From contig CAVNZM010000012.1 in the NCBI GenBank assembly GCA_963693365.1, forward strand, positions 7,568,001-7,632,000: a stretch of 64,000 nucleotides of DNA, in the 5' to 3' direction. The notes beneath the pieces were generated by a model that made no database searches, had not been told where the DNA came from, and saw nothing but the letters and a program-made list of their open reading frames with translations. The translations under genes were made by a program, and so were the position numbers. Of the stretch, positions 47,888 to 60,573 are shown one piece after another; the stretch's first letter is position 1; every line of letters begins with the position of its first letter. The stretch is from Amoebidium appalachense (taxonomy: Eukaryota; Protista; Ichthyosporea).

Positions 47888-50060
47888 TAGACTCTGATAA
47901 GTATTTCTCGGAACTGTTTAAAGATAGGACCCCCGCTCAGAAACCTATTGTGTGGCCTGTAGACCCATCTATCCCCATAGAATCGATCCTCCCCTTTTTC
48001 AGTCCCGATGCCATATGGTCTGTGATATCTAGTTATAGCTCTAGTAAGTCTTGTGGACCTGATGGACTCCCTGCTGGGTTTCTTAAAATCCTTGTTCCCT
48101 CCTACCCACAAAAGGAAAGTGATCGTGCTATTAAACCTGATCTTACTATCATGTTAAGCTCTCTCTTTTCTTGGTGTGTTGAATGTGGACATGTCCCGTC
48201 ATCTTGGTTAGATACCTTAGTGATCCCCATAGTTAAGAAGGACTCTGAGGGCCCCATATCATCCTTTCGCCCCATTACACTAACCCAGGTTGTTCGTAGA
48301 TTCTTTGAAGCTTGCTTACTTAGGTTATTTGCACATCACCCTAGGTTTCAATCTATTCTTCACATACACCCATGCCAATCCGCTTTTCGTAAAAACAATT
48401 CATGTTATGTTCAAATAATGGCACTGCACGATTCTATGCAAGTTGGTGCACAATATGTTGGCTTTATTGATTGGAAAACTGCTTACGATTCTGTCTCCCC
48501 TGGTCTCCTATGGGAAAAGCTTGCTGCACGGGGTGTACCACACTGCATTGGTGTTCTGTTAGAAGCACTCTTGTCTCAAACCTATGGTAGAGCTGTGGTT
48601 AATGGGCATCTTTCATATGGTTTTGCTCGTACTAGAGGTCTCTTGCAGGGTTCATTGCTTAGCCCCTTTTTGTTTAACCTATTTATAGATGATTTGGCTG
48701 TCAAGATTTACGCCGAAAACGATGACCCTATTAATAACTTTCCGCCTGCACTTCTCTATGCTGATGATCTGTCCCTCCTTGCCCGTACCCCTAGACGCCT
48801 GCAAAGATTGTTCGATGTAGTGTCAGAGTGGTGCAAGGCAAACCTTATGATCCTTAACATAGACAAATGTGGTGTTCTTGTACCTGATATAGCTAACAAT
48901 TTACACACATTTACATTATCATCTAAACCTGTACCTATAGTTCCAGAATACAAATATCTTGGTGTTCCGGTTGATTCTGTTGGTGTTATGTTTCCCCATA
49001 TGGTCGAAAAGAGGGTAGAGTTGGCTCGTAAGCGGTTAGCTTTCTTCTCGGCTAATATTTTTAAAGACACACCCCTCCATCCTTCTATTAGACTTACATT
49101 TATTCGCACTTTTGTCTTCCCGGCATGTGAATATGGTTTACCCCTTCTCGCCGCTTGGATCAAGAAAGAGAGAACTAGAGCGCTTAAACCCTTGGCAAAT
49201 TTCCTTGAAGCAGAAGTTGCCTCCTTTCTATCTAACAACTGTTGTAAACCTGGGCCTGTAACGCTCTCGATATATGGTCTGGTCCCAATAGCTGCTAGAG
49301 TATCCTATCTCGCGCTGAAATTCAATAAGCACATAAGCCGCTTAAAGAAGTATTTGCCCTCCCACCCTCTCTTCTCTATCCGACCTGTCCCCTCCTCACC
49401 TCTCCCCTCTTTCCTCCCCTCTCTCTCCCCTTCTCCCCTGGGCACAAATACAAATAAACCCCGCAATAGTGTGTGTGTGACTTTGGACTGCCACTTACTT
49501 ATTAAACATGTACACAATCACAAGATAATCACGCAATATAACAAATGGAAAAAGATACCACACGACACTAGACCCGATGAAAGCATACACCTTGAAAAAC
49601 TAAGCCTTATGTCTCGTTTTATATATACTGACCGCCTCAACCATATTGCCAAATATGGCACTCGCAAGTGTATAACACCTAAATACATATTACCTTCCTG
49701 TAGAACTGGTCTTTCTCTAGCTGATGGTATTATTGATCAATTACCACGCTTTTACTGTACACGTGCTATACAGTGGAGATCTAATAAGTATAAGGTGGCA
49801 TCATTTGCATGCCCAAACAACACACACACACACCAGTTTAACCGGTCATGTATCGCCAAATGTAGTTTGATAGACCACATAATACCGCAACACACACACG
49901 TCACATTCACAACAGACACCCAGAAAGATAGCCTACCTGTAAATTACAACATCCTTGATTTTATACTAAACACGCGTAACTACGACCTGTTTATTAGGTG
50001 TATTGATTGGCTTGAGAAACACATCACTACAAAATTATAGCGCACGCGCACACACACACA

Positions 50061-50111
<51 letters not shown>

Positions 50112-50143
50112 CCAGCTGATACCGAGTGTCCCGAGGGGAGCCC

Positions 50144-50205
<62 letters not shown>

Positions 50206-50399
50206 GGGGAACCCCAACTAATTGATTTCTCCTTGTAGTCTTTATGGTGTCTCGTAGAGAAAGTAAACCCTGATATATAGTCACCACCCGACATCTATGT
50301 ACGTGATCATGATATACCGCTGAGGGGATATTCCGAGCAAAACCCCCCCCCCCATACCTGAGACTGGTTCTCTTTGCCTCGAGTAAACAGCGTAAACCC
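47888..50399 (+). mobile_element. 5'-truncated non-LTR retrotransposon
   Basis: Long RT reading frame, (CA)n, A57 tract at 50148-50204, and a candidate TSD CAGGTATTATCT at 47876-47887 and 50400-50411. Confidence 0.8.
47950..50040 (+). CDS. Non-LTR reverse transcriptase ORF2 remnant (no endonuclease domain present)
   Basis: KSCGPDG, FRPITL, QSAFRK, FIDWKTAYDSV, RGLLQGSLLSPFLFNLFIDDL, LLYADD, YKYLGV and a Cys/His-rich C-terminus. The frame is open from about 47869 with no ATG near its 5' end, consistent with truncation. Confidence 0.9.
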   Translation: MWPVDPSIPIESILPFFSPDAIWSVISSYSSSKSCGPDGLPAGFLKILVPSYPQKESDRAIKPDLTIMLSSLFSWCVECGHVPSSWLDTLVIPIVKKDSEGPISSFRPITLTQVVRRFFEACLLRLFAHHPRFQSILHIHPCQSAFRKNNSCYVQIMALHDSMQVGAQYVGFIDWKTAYDSVSPGLLWEKLAARGVPHCIGVLLEALLSQTYGRAVVNGHLSYGFARTRGLLQGSLLSPFLFNLFIDDLAVKIYAENDDPINNFPPALLYADDLSLLARTPRRLQRLFDVVSEWCKANLMILNIDKCGVLVPDIANNLHTFTLSSKPVPIVPEYKYLGVPVDSVGVMFPHMVEKRVELARKRLAFFSANIFKDTPLHPSIRLTFIRTFVFPACEYGLPLLAAWIKKERTRALKPLANFLEAEVASFLSNNCCKPGPVTLSIYGLVPIAARVSYLALKFNKHISRLKKYLPSHPLFSIRPVPSSPLPSFLPSLSPSPLGTNTNKPRNSVCVTLDCHLLIKHVHNHKIITQYNKWKKIPHDTRPDESIHLEKLSLMSRFIYTDRLNHIAKYGTRKCITPKYILPSCRTGLSLADGIIDQLPRFYCTRAIQWRSNKYKVASFACPNNTHTHQFNRSCIAKCSLIDHIIPQHTHVTFTTDTQKDSLPVNYNILDFILNTRNYDLFIRCIDWLEKHITTKL

Positions 50400-51856
50400 C
50401 AGGTATTATCTCAAGTTCAATTGTGTTACCGATGTCACATAGCATTCAAGTCTCGGGTATTCGTAGCTTTAACACCTTATATTATTTTCAGATCTACTTG
50501 TCAAACTTTTTGTGCCCGGTTGTACGCATTTCAATGTTTTCTCTTCAGTCGCTTTTTCCTCCCGGGCCCTCCCTCAGCTCCCTCCCTCCCGATCGATCAC
50601 GTACGGCGGCGCGAGAAAATGCCCAGGTTGAGGCGTGATGTCATTCACAGGTCCCAAGCAAGTCATCATGAGATAAAAAACATAGCTTGGGAGTACATTG
50701 GTAGACTAAAAAGAGAGGGTGCGGGGACAGCCAATCGAATTGGCGATCCGGATTTTTCGCATTCATGACACGGGGTTTGAAAAAAAGACTCGAGAGAGAT
50801 AAGGCGTGGGCTCACGCTGCAAAGTGCACAGCCCACTGGTTTCATCACACAAACGGACCATGCATTATGGCTCCATAATTCAGAATACCTGTTATCTATA
50901 TAACGCTTTATATACTGAAAGCTCGCTCTTTCAAACGCTGGAAGGTATCACTAGCTGATCCATCACCTTGCGTGACCATCTGGATCACTCACATACCAAG
51001 CTAAAAATACGGTAGTGACAAGTAGTGATTCCTCTTGCGATAAGCTTAGTTTACATTTTATAATTTCTATTATAAATATACAATCCTATATACTGTTTTT
51101 AAGTGGTTCATTTTATCACCCTCTCCTCCTTTGGTTGCCGCCGTGTCGTTACGCTGCCATCATGTTTCTGTGACTGTCTGTTTCTTGCAAGGCCTCCCTT
51201 TCTTGCCAGGCATACAGCAGAGGTGCTTTCTCAGCAAGAAGTTGTGTTTGGAAATTTCAGAATTGTTCAATATTTTGTTAGAGATCAAACCAGCCCAAAA
51301 TCTCTCTACCCGAAAATCAAAACGTTATACAGCACAAACTCTGATGCATGACGGGTTGATGCATGTCATGACCAAAACGTTTGGAAGCTATCTCACCCGA
51401 CCAGTCTTGCCTCTGAAGCACATGTGCAAGCCAAGCAAGTAACAGCGAGCTTTTTCATCATTTGTACGCAAACAGCTGTAAGTGTTAACCGTATATCACC
51501 CAATGTACTGCCTCTGCAAGCCCTTGCCCCCTCCCCCCTCCCCCCCCCCCCCCTTCCCCCCCCCCCCTCCCCCCCAAAACACACGTGCACACACGCACGC
51601 GCACACACACACACACCCCACCACCACCACCACCACCAACCCCGAGCGAGGGTATTGTCAGTATCGTTCGAGCCAGGCTCTTCTATATTCCTGCTTAGAT
51701 ACGGTCTTCCACCTTCTGTTTCGATTGAAACGTGGACCTTGCACGTTTCTAGCCGTCTCTGAATCCTCGCTTAGCCTACGATCTGCTGATGTGTTTAAAA
51801 CACGTGGGGTGAAAACGTCTAAAGTGCACAGCTTCCCCATAATGGTCATATTGTCA

Positions 51857-52007
<151 letters not shown>

Positions 52008-53043
52008 AGCGCAAGCGTAAGCGTACACAGAAAGACGCGCGCGCGCACACACACACACACACACATACGCGCACGCGCACACGCAAACGCCTACCCACAC
52101 TTGGATATCTTCTACACGACTGCCACAAGCGGACACTCCAAAAATCCCCCTTCCCCCTCCCTTCCCCTCCCTCCCCCCCCCACCACCTCGCCCCTTTCCA
52201 CTATATACAATACACACAAACACACATGCGATCCCCTGTGCCCCCCCCCCCCCCCCCCCCCCCCTCTCACCCCCCACCCCCTTCCCCCCCCCCCCCGTCC
52301 CCCCCCCCCCCACCCCCATCCCTTCACCCATCGTCGGGCAGGTACACACACGATGATGGTAAGAAGCAAAATGCAAAGAGTTACACGTGGAGCATCTTTG
52401 CTTCCCCTTCCACCCCCTCCCTCCCCCCCCGCCCCACACACGCACAAAAAAAGTAATGAAATAAAATAAAATAGTAAATAAAATAGTAAATAAACCACTG
52501 CTCCCCAACACTTTTCCCTCAGGGACATGCACTTGAGACCAATAGACACGTAAAGGAGTGAGCGGGGGAGGAAGAAAGAAAAGGCAGAGAAAGGCAGATA
52601 TCGAGAGTTGATTACCAAAAGAGTTTTGGTAGGGAGAGAGAGATCGTGGAGACAAGTCGTGCATACGTCGTTCAGAAGCTACCATAGAAGGGGGGTGTTT
52701 TTTTCTGATGAAAGATCACATTCCCTCTACTCCTCGTAAATCACTCTCCCCACAAATACCGGATATCCCCCCACTGCCGAGGCTGGGGTGTACACCCTGA
52801 GCTAAGTGCGTACTAGTGGTTGGGTCTGGTAACGGTGTATTAGCCTAGCTTATTGCACCTGTAGCATCTTTAATAGGGTACAGTCATGCTGTGTGGAAGA
52901 CGGTAGTTTCTATGAGGACCCTTGGGGGTCCTTCTGGGAACAAAACGGGATAACATAAAATAAAATAAAAAAACGGAAACACCCAATATACTCAACACTC
53001 ATCCACCCCACTTCTATGCCACAGGTATCTGGCAGGGCCAAAA

Positions 53044-54690
53044 ATGGAACCGTTGTTCCGCACTCTATTTTTGGCGCTTTTCGCCGCCCGTGCAACTGTG
53101 GCTGCCACATCCATGTACCAAACCGGCCGGGGGGAATACCAAGTAATCAGCGAGTTGCGAGATATGCCCCAGGGAGCCAATGAAAACGCTTCGTTGGCCA
53201 CCCACGTGAACGTGTTCTATCCAATGGGGGATGGCCCGTTCCCGCTGCTGGCGTTCGGGCACGGGGTTGGGAGAGGTGCGTGAGATTTCCTTCTTATTCT
53301 TTTTTTCTTCCTTTTTTTAATTTCTTTTTTTTGTTTGTTTGCTTGTTTGTTTGTTTGTTTGTTGTTTGTTTGTTACATTCTCTCCCATGCTCATTTTTGT
53401 TCCGTTTTTGAGTCCTTTCACTCACCATCAGCTGTAGATAAAAGTTTCTGGCACCGTTCATGCTTTGTTGTCACCCCGGGGAAGGATGGGGTGTGTTGTG
53501 AGTGAGTGTGGGGGATGGGGAAGGTGTGTGGGGGGGGGGGGGGGGGGAGGAGGGGGGCAGGGGCATTGAGAGATCAGTGGCTGTGTGTTCATACACGTGT
53601 ACATGTTATTCTCTCATGGGCGATCTTGCACACGTCTTACTCTCCCCCCACCACCCCTCTCCTGCTCCACCCTCCCTACCCCCTTCCTCACCCCCTTCTC
53701 TTCTCACACACACCCACCCGTGTGTTGATTTGAGTTCCCTGTTATGTGGTTTTGTTGATGTGTTTTGCTTCGCTCATTTTCCTACCATCTAATGCATATC
53801 CCCCTCCTTACCCCCCCCCCCCATCCCCTCCCAGAAAAAAAAAAATGCACACACAAACATGCAAGCCCCCCCCCCCAAAAGAAAATACATATATGTATAC
53901 AAACAGCACAGACACACACATACACTCACACACCACTCACAAACACATACACACACACCACACATCACAGACACCCCCACACCCCCATACTCGCACACAT
54001 TCCCCCCTCCTCCTCCCCCCCCCCCCCCCCCCAAACACCTACTCATCCGCCCACCAGCAAACCCATTCCCCCCCCCCCCCCCCCCCCCCCAACACACACA
54101 CAGGTGGTGATGCTCTAGAGCGTGACTATGGCGAAATGCTCGAATCCATTGCTTCGTTCGGGTTTGTGGTTGTTGCAACTCAGGCGTGCCCCACCAATTA
54201 CTGCCCCAATTTTGCGGACGAGATCTTAAAGTCGATCGAACTTGCGCGAGATCTGACTCAGGCTGATGATATGGTTTTTGACCGGGTTTTCTTAAAGAAC
54301 GTGGGTGTGTTTGGTCATTCGATGGGTGGCACTGCCGCTGTAACCAAGTATGGTTACTTCCCCCGCCCTCCCCCCCATTCCACCCCACAAACACACACAC
54401 ACACACACCCAAACACACACGCACACGCAGAAAAAAAACAAAAAAAAATTGAAATAAAAGGGGCGAAAAAAACCCAGCAGCAAAAGTGTTTGTGACGACG
54501 TGTTTCCTCTCTCCCTCCATCCCCCTCGTGTCTGTTCTCACACGGCAGTCGTGGTCGTTCGGAGGCGCGGGAGAGAGAGGGGGAGGGAGGGGAAGGGGGG
54601 GGAGGGGGGGGGGGAGGGAGGTGAGTGAGGGGGCTGGGGAAGGGGGGAGGGAGGGCGGTGAGGGAGGGAGGAGGTGAGGGAGGAAGGGAG

Positions 54691-54732
<42 letters not shown>

Positions 54733-55937
54733 GGCTGGATGAGATGAGGGGACAGAGTGAAGAAAGGGGAAAAAGGAAATGAAGTAAGTTTGTAGTATGG
54801 TAGGTGTGCAAAGTGAATGGGGGAAGAGAGATAAAAGATCGCCCCTCTCCCAAACCCCCCTCCCCCCTCCCCCCTCTTCCTCCCCCCAACCCCCCGCCCT
54901 CTCCCCCGCCCTCCTCCCTCCCCTCCCCCCCCCCCCCCCCCCCAAAAAAAAAAAAATCAAAAAAAATCACCCCTTATCTCAAGACTTTTGCCCCAGACTC
55001 GAATATTCAATCTAGCATGTGTATGGTGCACCCTTTTGTCTAGTCGATCGACACTGCGTCCCCCCCCCCCCCCCCCCTTCTGTCCGACCACCAGCAACCA
55101 CAGCTGGCACATTTCTTTTTTTAGTGTCACGTCACTCTGTCACCGGGTTATGTTACCATTTTCCCGTGTTCTGTTCTTTACTTATTCTTTACTTAGCTGT
55201 CGCCTCTTCTTTTCTCCCTTTTTTCCTCCCCCATTGAACACATCTATTCCATTATCTTCTCCCCGCTTTCCTTTCTTTGTTTTTCCACTTTTCCCTTCTT
55301 TTTTGCCCACAACCCAGGAACCCCCCTGATGATGGGCTCTGTTCAAGTGTCTTCTGCCTGCACGCTTAAATTGTTTGATTTTGGATTTCTCACTTTTGTG
55401 ACGTTTTGTTGCTCTTTGTTGTCTCTTCCATATTTCCAACCCTCCAACGCATACATCCCCCCCCCCCCCCCCACCACCACCACCACCCCCCCCCCCCTTC
55501 CCCCCCAGCACCTTCTGATGTATATACCCCCTCCACCCCCAGCCTACGTGTATCAGACCAGTATTCCATTCTTGCCTCAGCCCCCCTCTTTCCCTGTGTG
55601 GATGGACTGTCTGACTCCGTAAACCTGCCTGTCATGTATATCACTGGTAAATCTTCCCCATCCCTCCCCCCCTCACACGACACACACACCCCTCCCCCTT
55701 CCCCTATCCCTGAAGAAAAAGATGTGTATGTTTCTGTGTGTGTGGTGGTGGTGGTGGTGGTGGTGGGGTTGAGGGAGGGGGGGTTGGGAGGGCGGAGGGG
55801 GGAGAAGAAAGGAAACCCCACCCCTCCTCACCCCTCTCTGCACTTATCTCTTTTTTCTGGATTTTGTGTGTTTGTGGTATTTTGTCTTTTGTCTTTTGAT
55901 GTCTTTTTTTCAATAACTCCAACCATAGAATACATAG

Positions 55938-55977
<40 letters not shown>

Positions 55978-57624
55978 ATGTATCCTCTCTTGCTAGCACT
56001 ATTTGTTTCTAATTCTCATTTTGTAGTTTTGGAAATGCTTTTCTACCGTCTTTGCCCCTTCCCCCCCCCCCCCCCCCCCCCCCCCCCACACACACACGCT
56101 CATTCTTCACACCCACCTGTATGCAGTTGCTATCACTTGCACTTGCATTTGCAAATACCCCCCCCCCCCCCCCTTTCCCCCCCTTCACCCCTTTCCCATT
56201 TCTCCCCCTCCGTTCCACCCCCCCGTCTACCCAGGTGTTGTTCCAGTTAAGTCAAACAACCTCTATCTGGATTGTCTTCTCTTGAGTCCTCTGCTATCTA
56301 AGCATATTTCGTGTCCCTCTAGAATATATCCTAGAATATATCCTAGAATATTTCCTAGAATATTTCCTCGAATATTTCCTAGAATAATTCCGCCTATGTC
56401 GTGCCCATCTATAGGTTGAATCTCGCAAAAGAAATCAAGGTGACGGCTTCTAAGAGCCTGGGCAAGCAAAAGGTGATAGGGTGGGGAGAGGGGGAGGGGA
56501 AAGGGAGGGGGAGAGGGAGGGGGGGGGGGGGGGGCAAGGAGGGGAGGGGGGGGGGGGGAGGGGGGGGTGCCAACGGAATGGGGATGGTGTGTGATGCCTT
56601 GTAGAACTGATACTTTTGGAACCATTAGCCAAACTCAACCTCCCCCCTCCCCCCCTCCGTCCTCCTCCCCCCCAAAACACACACACACACACACACACAC
56701 ATTCATCCTCACCTTCCAACCCCTCACGAGGTCAATTACTCCCTCATATGTGAGCACAATCACACACGCCCCACTGACACCCCAATTTACCTTCCTCCCT
56801 CTCTGTTCTCCCCCCCCCCCCCCCCTCCTACCCTGCCTCCCCCCCCCCCCCCTCTCCACCCCAGCCCGCCCCCACCCGCTCACCTGACCACACACCGACA
56901 CCACCCCTTCCCACCCTATCATACACACACACACACACACACATGCCCCTGTGCCTCCCCTCCCCTCCCCCCCCCCTCCCCCCCCCCTCCCCCGATTCCT
57001 CTGAGGATATTTCTGCACACATACTACCTGTTGCTGATGTTGCATACTTAATACGATTGATTGTGCATGTGCCCTGCACTTTATTTCTCACGGTGTAGTT
57101 CTGTGTTGTACCATGTACCCAATTCTAAAACCCCCCCGCCCTCCTTTTACCCCAACAGGAGAAGCAGATCGCATATGCAACCACGACTCAGTCTACCAAT
57201 TCTTCACCCGCAACACCCCATCGCCCGTCGCGTCCTTCCTCAACATGAAACACACAGACCACAACGGCCCCGTTGTAAAATCACAAACAATGCCCCCATG
57301 GGTAGGCGCAGTAGCCGCGTTTTTCAAGTGCCATTTGGTGCGAAGCGAGAGCGCGTGCGAATATGTTTATGGGCTGGAGGATAACATATGCGATTTGGAT
57401 AAGTTGTTGACTGTTACTTCGGGTTGTCAGACTAGAGGGACACCTGCTCCCCCCGGTATGTGTCATGCCCCCCCCCCCCCCCTCCCTCCCCCCCCCCCCC
57501 CCCCCCCCCGGCTCTTCCCCCTTGACTCTTCCCCCACGTCCTGTCTCTCTCTCTCTCTCTCTCTCTCTCCCCCCCCCCCCCGCCTACCCACCCACCCACA
57601 CACCCAGACCACCTACCCTCCTCC

Positions 57625-57676
<52 letters not shown>

Positions 57677-58913
57677 AAATGGCTCACCCATCTCCGATAT
57701 GATATTGCATACTGCTTTACACTGGTTCCCTTTTCATATCCGCAATAAGTAGGCAGAATATATTGGCTGTGTGTGGGAGTACATTTATATCCCTCGTTGC
57801 CAAAGTCCCCCTACGGCCTGCCCTTCTCTGGCACACATATCCAATATCACATGCTCTGTCCATTCCTCCCCCCCCCCCCCCCCCTCCCTCTTTCTTTCCC
57901 CCCCTCCCCCCTCCGTCCCCTCCTCCTCCTCCTTCCCCTTCCACGGGGGTTTTTGGCGCTATGTCTGTGCCTTCCATCACATGGGCATTGCGTGGGTGGC
58001 TTGAATTTGTATGGGAGAGAGAGAGGGGGGGGGGGGGGGGGGGGAGGGATGGGGAAAGATGCAGAGAGATAGGCAGGCAGGCGGACAGACAGACAGACAG
58101 ACAGACAAACAGGCTAACAGGCACAGAGACAGGCAGGCAGACAGGCAGACAGAGAGAGAAAAAAAGAGAGAGAGATAGTGTGTGTGTGTCTTCCTTACCG
58201 CTTGATTTGGCGGTGAATGGGGCAGGGCAGCCGCCAAAAAAAAACCCAAAGGTACCTCTAAAAATTAACCAATAAAAACTAAAATCAAGGGAAGCTGGGG
58301 AGGCGGGGTGGGAGGAGGGTTGCCAGCATGCACACACCTTTCCCCACGCATTTCTCATTTTCACATCTAACCATGTCCACCCACTCACCTCTCCACAGAG
58401 GTACAAAGCGGAACCGCTCTCCCCGTTATCCAACACCCCCTCCTACGTCTCGACAACTCAACCATGCCCCCTCCCCCCGGCGTCGCCCCCACATACACCC
58501 CCTCACCAGACACCAACCCACAAGACGCTACCGCGGATTCTGTAAACACTACACCAATGTCCATGGGACTTCTTATCTCGTTGATTCTATTGGCTATTTC
58601 CATTTTGACTTTATGCTGTGTCGTTCTCGGAGGGATGTTTTTGACTTTTATGCAGCAACAGACGCGAAAACGCCATCGTGCCACCGCGCCCGTTTTTGGA
58701 AATTCAAACGCTTCTATGCTAGCATCTTCAACGGTTATGACTGCACATCTACTTTCGCACACGCAAGAAAGCGAAATTGGGGTGAGTGTTGTCGATGGTG
58801 ACGGGATGATTGCACCCGCTACACCTCCGGTGGAGAAATTGGAGAAAAGACCAACGGAAACGGAAGTGGAAGAAGGGGTGGGTGCCTTAGGACGCATGGA
58901 GGCACACGTTTAA
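53044..58913 (+). CDS. Type I membrane alpha/beta hydrolase (chlorophyllase/cutinase-like), 5 exons
   Basis: Exons 53044-53275, 54104-54347, 55543-55646, 57159-57455 and 58399-58913. Signal peptide, VFYP..GPFPLLAFGHG, IASFGFVVVA, nucleophile GHSMGG, PVMYITGEAD (Asp), HTDHNGP (His), Pro/Thr stalk and a C-terminal TM helix. Confidence 0.85.
55316..55457 (+). repeat. 5'-truncated subfamily B hammerhead element
   Basis: AGGAACCCCC-CTGATGA (55326-55332)-TGGGCTCTGTTCAAGTGTCTTCTGCCTGCAC... closely matches 42520-42663 and ends at poly-C. Confidence 0.85.
56319..56391 (+). repeat. 12-bp minisatellite, about 6 copies
   Basis: CTAGAATAT(A/T)TC units. Confidence 0.9.
57019..57131 (+). repeat. Diverged 3' fragment of the subfamily A element
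   Basis: ACATACT..TTGCTGATGTTGCATA..TGCATGTG.CCTGCAC..TTCTC..GTACC.TGT aligns with 30351-30460 and ends at a C-run just before an acceptor. Confidence 0.55.
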
Positions 58914-59111
58914 TCGGAATTTCACGATTCTCATCTGCTCCCCCTCCCCCCCCCCCCCCCCCCTCCCTCCCCGTCCCCCCCCTCCCCCCCCCCCCTCCTC
59001 CCCAGATTCCGTTTAGACTCACCCACGTCCACATACACACAGACACACACACGCACACACCATGCGCACGCGCATGCACACACCCACGGTCATACACGCA
59101 CGCGCGCGCGT

Positions 59112-59184
<73 letters not shown>

Positions 59185-59836
59185 CACACACGCCCACACA
59201 CACACAACAAAACCAAACCAAACCAAATAAAACCAAACGAAACCATAGGTGTAGTTTTACAGCACTCACTTGTCCCCCCCCCTTTTTTTCATGGTTTGTT
59301 ATACCACCAAGTATGGATCAAGTTATTCTTTGATGCCGGGGGATGAGTTCGGAAAAAGCTCTACTTGTGCAGTGTCATTTAGTAGAGTTTTTTTTTTATT
59401 TGTTTGTTCGGGCAGGCATGTGAGGAACAAGGAAGGCACGCATACGCTGGAATATATTTTTGGTTCACTCTATATCTCTCTCCAATTAAAAGTAAACAAT
59501 CGGCATCCGCAATTTTGTATTGTTGTTCACGAAATCATTCAGTTCCAAGTTCCCTTTTACTAATAATGTCGCCTGTGCCCTAGTAGTGAACCAGAATCAT
59601 GGACAAAATCCCCCTATTGTATTTTTCTTTCAAGACTTTCTGTAGTAAGTTGCAGTTTGTTTACAAGTACGTATAGCATAAACTTTCGACAGAGAAATCA
59701 TTGTCACATATTCAGACCCTGCAATTTGCAGTGGAATAAATCAAAGAAAAAAGAAAAACCTGCATGCAATAAATCAGATCAGACCCGGCGCCGCCGCCGG
59801 CGGGCTGTCTCGGACCCTCCTCCTCCTCCTCCTCCC

Positions 59837-59872
<36 letters not shown>

Positions 59873-60141
59873 CCCCGGAGTCCCTCTCACCCAAATACAC
59901 AGACACACACACACACATACACAGACACACACACACACACGCACACACACACACATGCATATGTGCACACACATACACACCAACACACGCTTCCCCGCCC
60001 CTCCGGCATCGATACGCAGTTGTCCACCGTTCGGCCCCGCCGCGGTACCCCCATGGCCTCCCCGGCTTGCAATTGGCACCCCACCCTCCCCTCAGTAGTA
60101 TGATCAAGTAGCTCAACGTTGACCCCGGGGTCATTAACTCC

Positions 60142-60195
<54 letters not shown>

Positions 60196-60539
60196 ACACG
60201 GGGCGGCTCCCCGGGTGACCACTAGGCTGGCACCACCAGCCATCGATCCACCAGGTGCACAGTGGAGCCCCGCCCCCCCCCCCCCCCCCCCCCCCCCTCC
60301 CTCCCCCCCCCCCCCCCCCCCCCCCACCCCCACCCCACCCCACCCCACGTGCACTCCCGCCCACCCGCCCACAGGCCTCCACGTGCACCCCCCCACGGCG
60401 ATGTCTTTAGTACTGGTAGGATGTAGAAACAGCTCAACGGCAGCTGCATCGATCGTAACTTACGTATGTAAAGGGTAATTACTTCGTGGGGTGCCACGGA
60501 GGGGAGGGGGGAAGGGGGGGAGGGAGAGGGGGGGGGGGG

Positions 60540-60573
<34 letters not shown>

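Noticed and set aside
48756-49238. Antisense ORFs over the RT, and plus-strand ORFs over EXO1 (for example 46109-46678)
   Set aside because: Shadow ORFs of genuine coding sequence with no recognisable motifs.
50112-50147. Possible ribozyme in the LINE 3' UTR (CTGATACC...)
   Set aside because: Lacks CUGANGA and GAAA, and I could not build an HDV-like nested double pseudoknot.
54970-55043. Candidate extra exon of the hydrolase (DSNIQSSMCMVHP)
   Set aside because: Phase and donor do not fit. Exon 55543-55646 joins in frame and supplies the expected strand.
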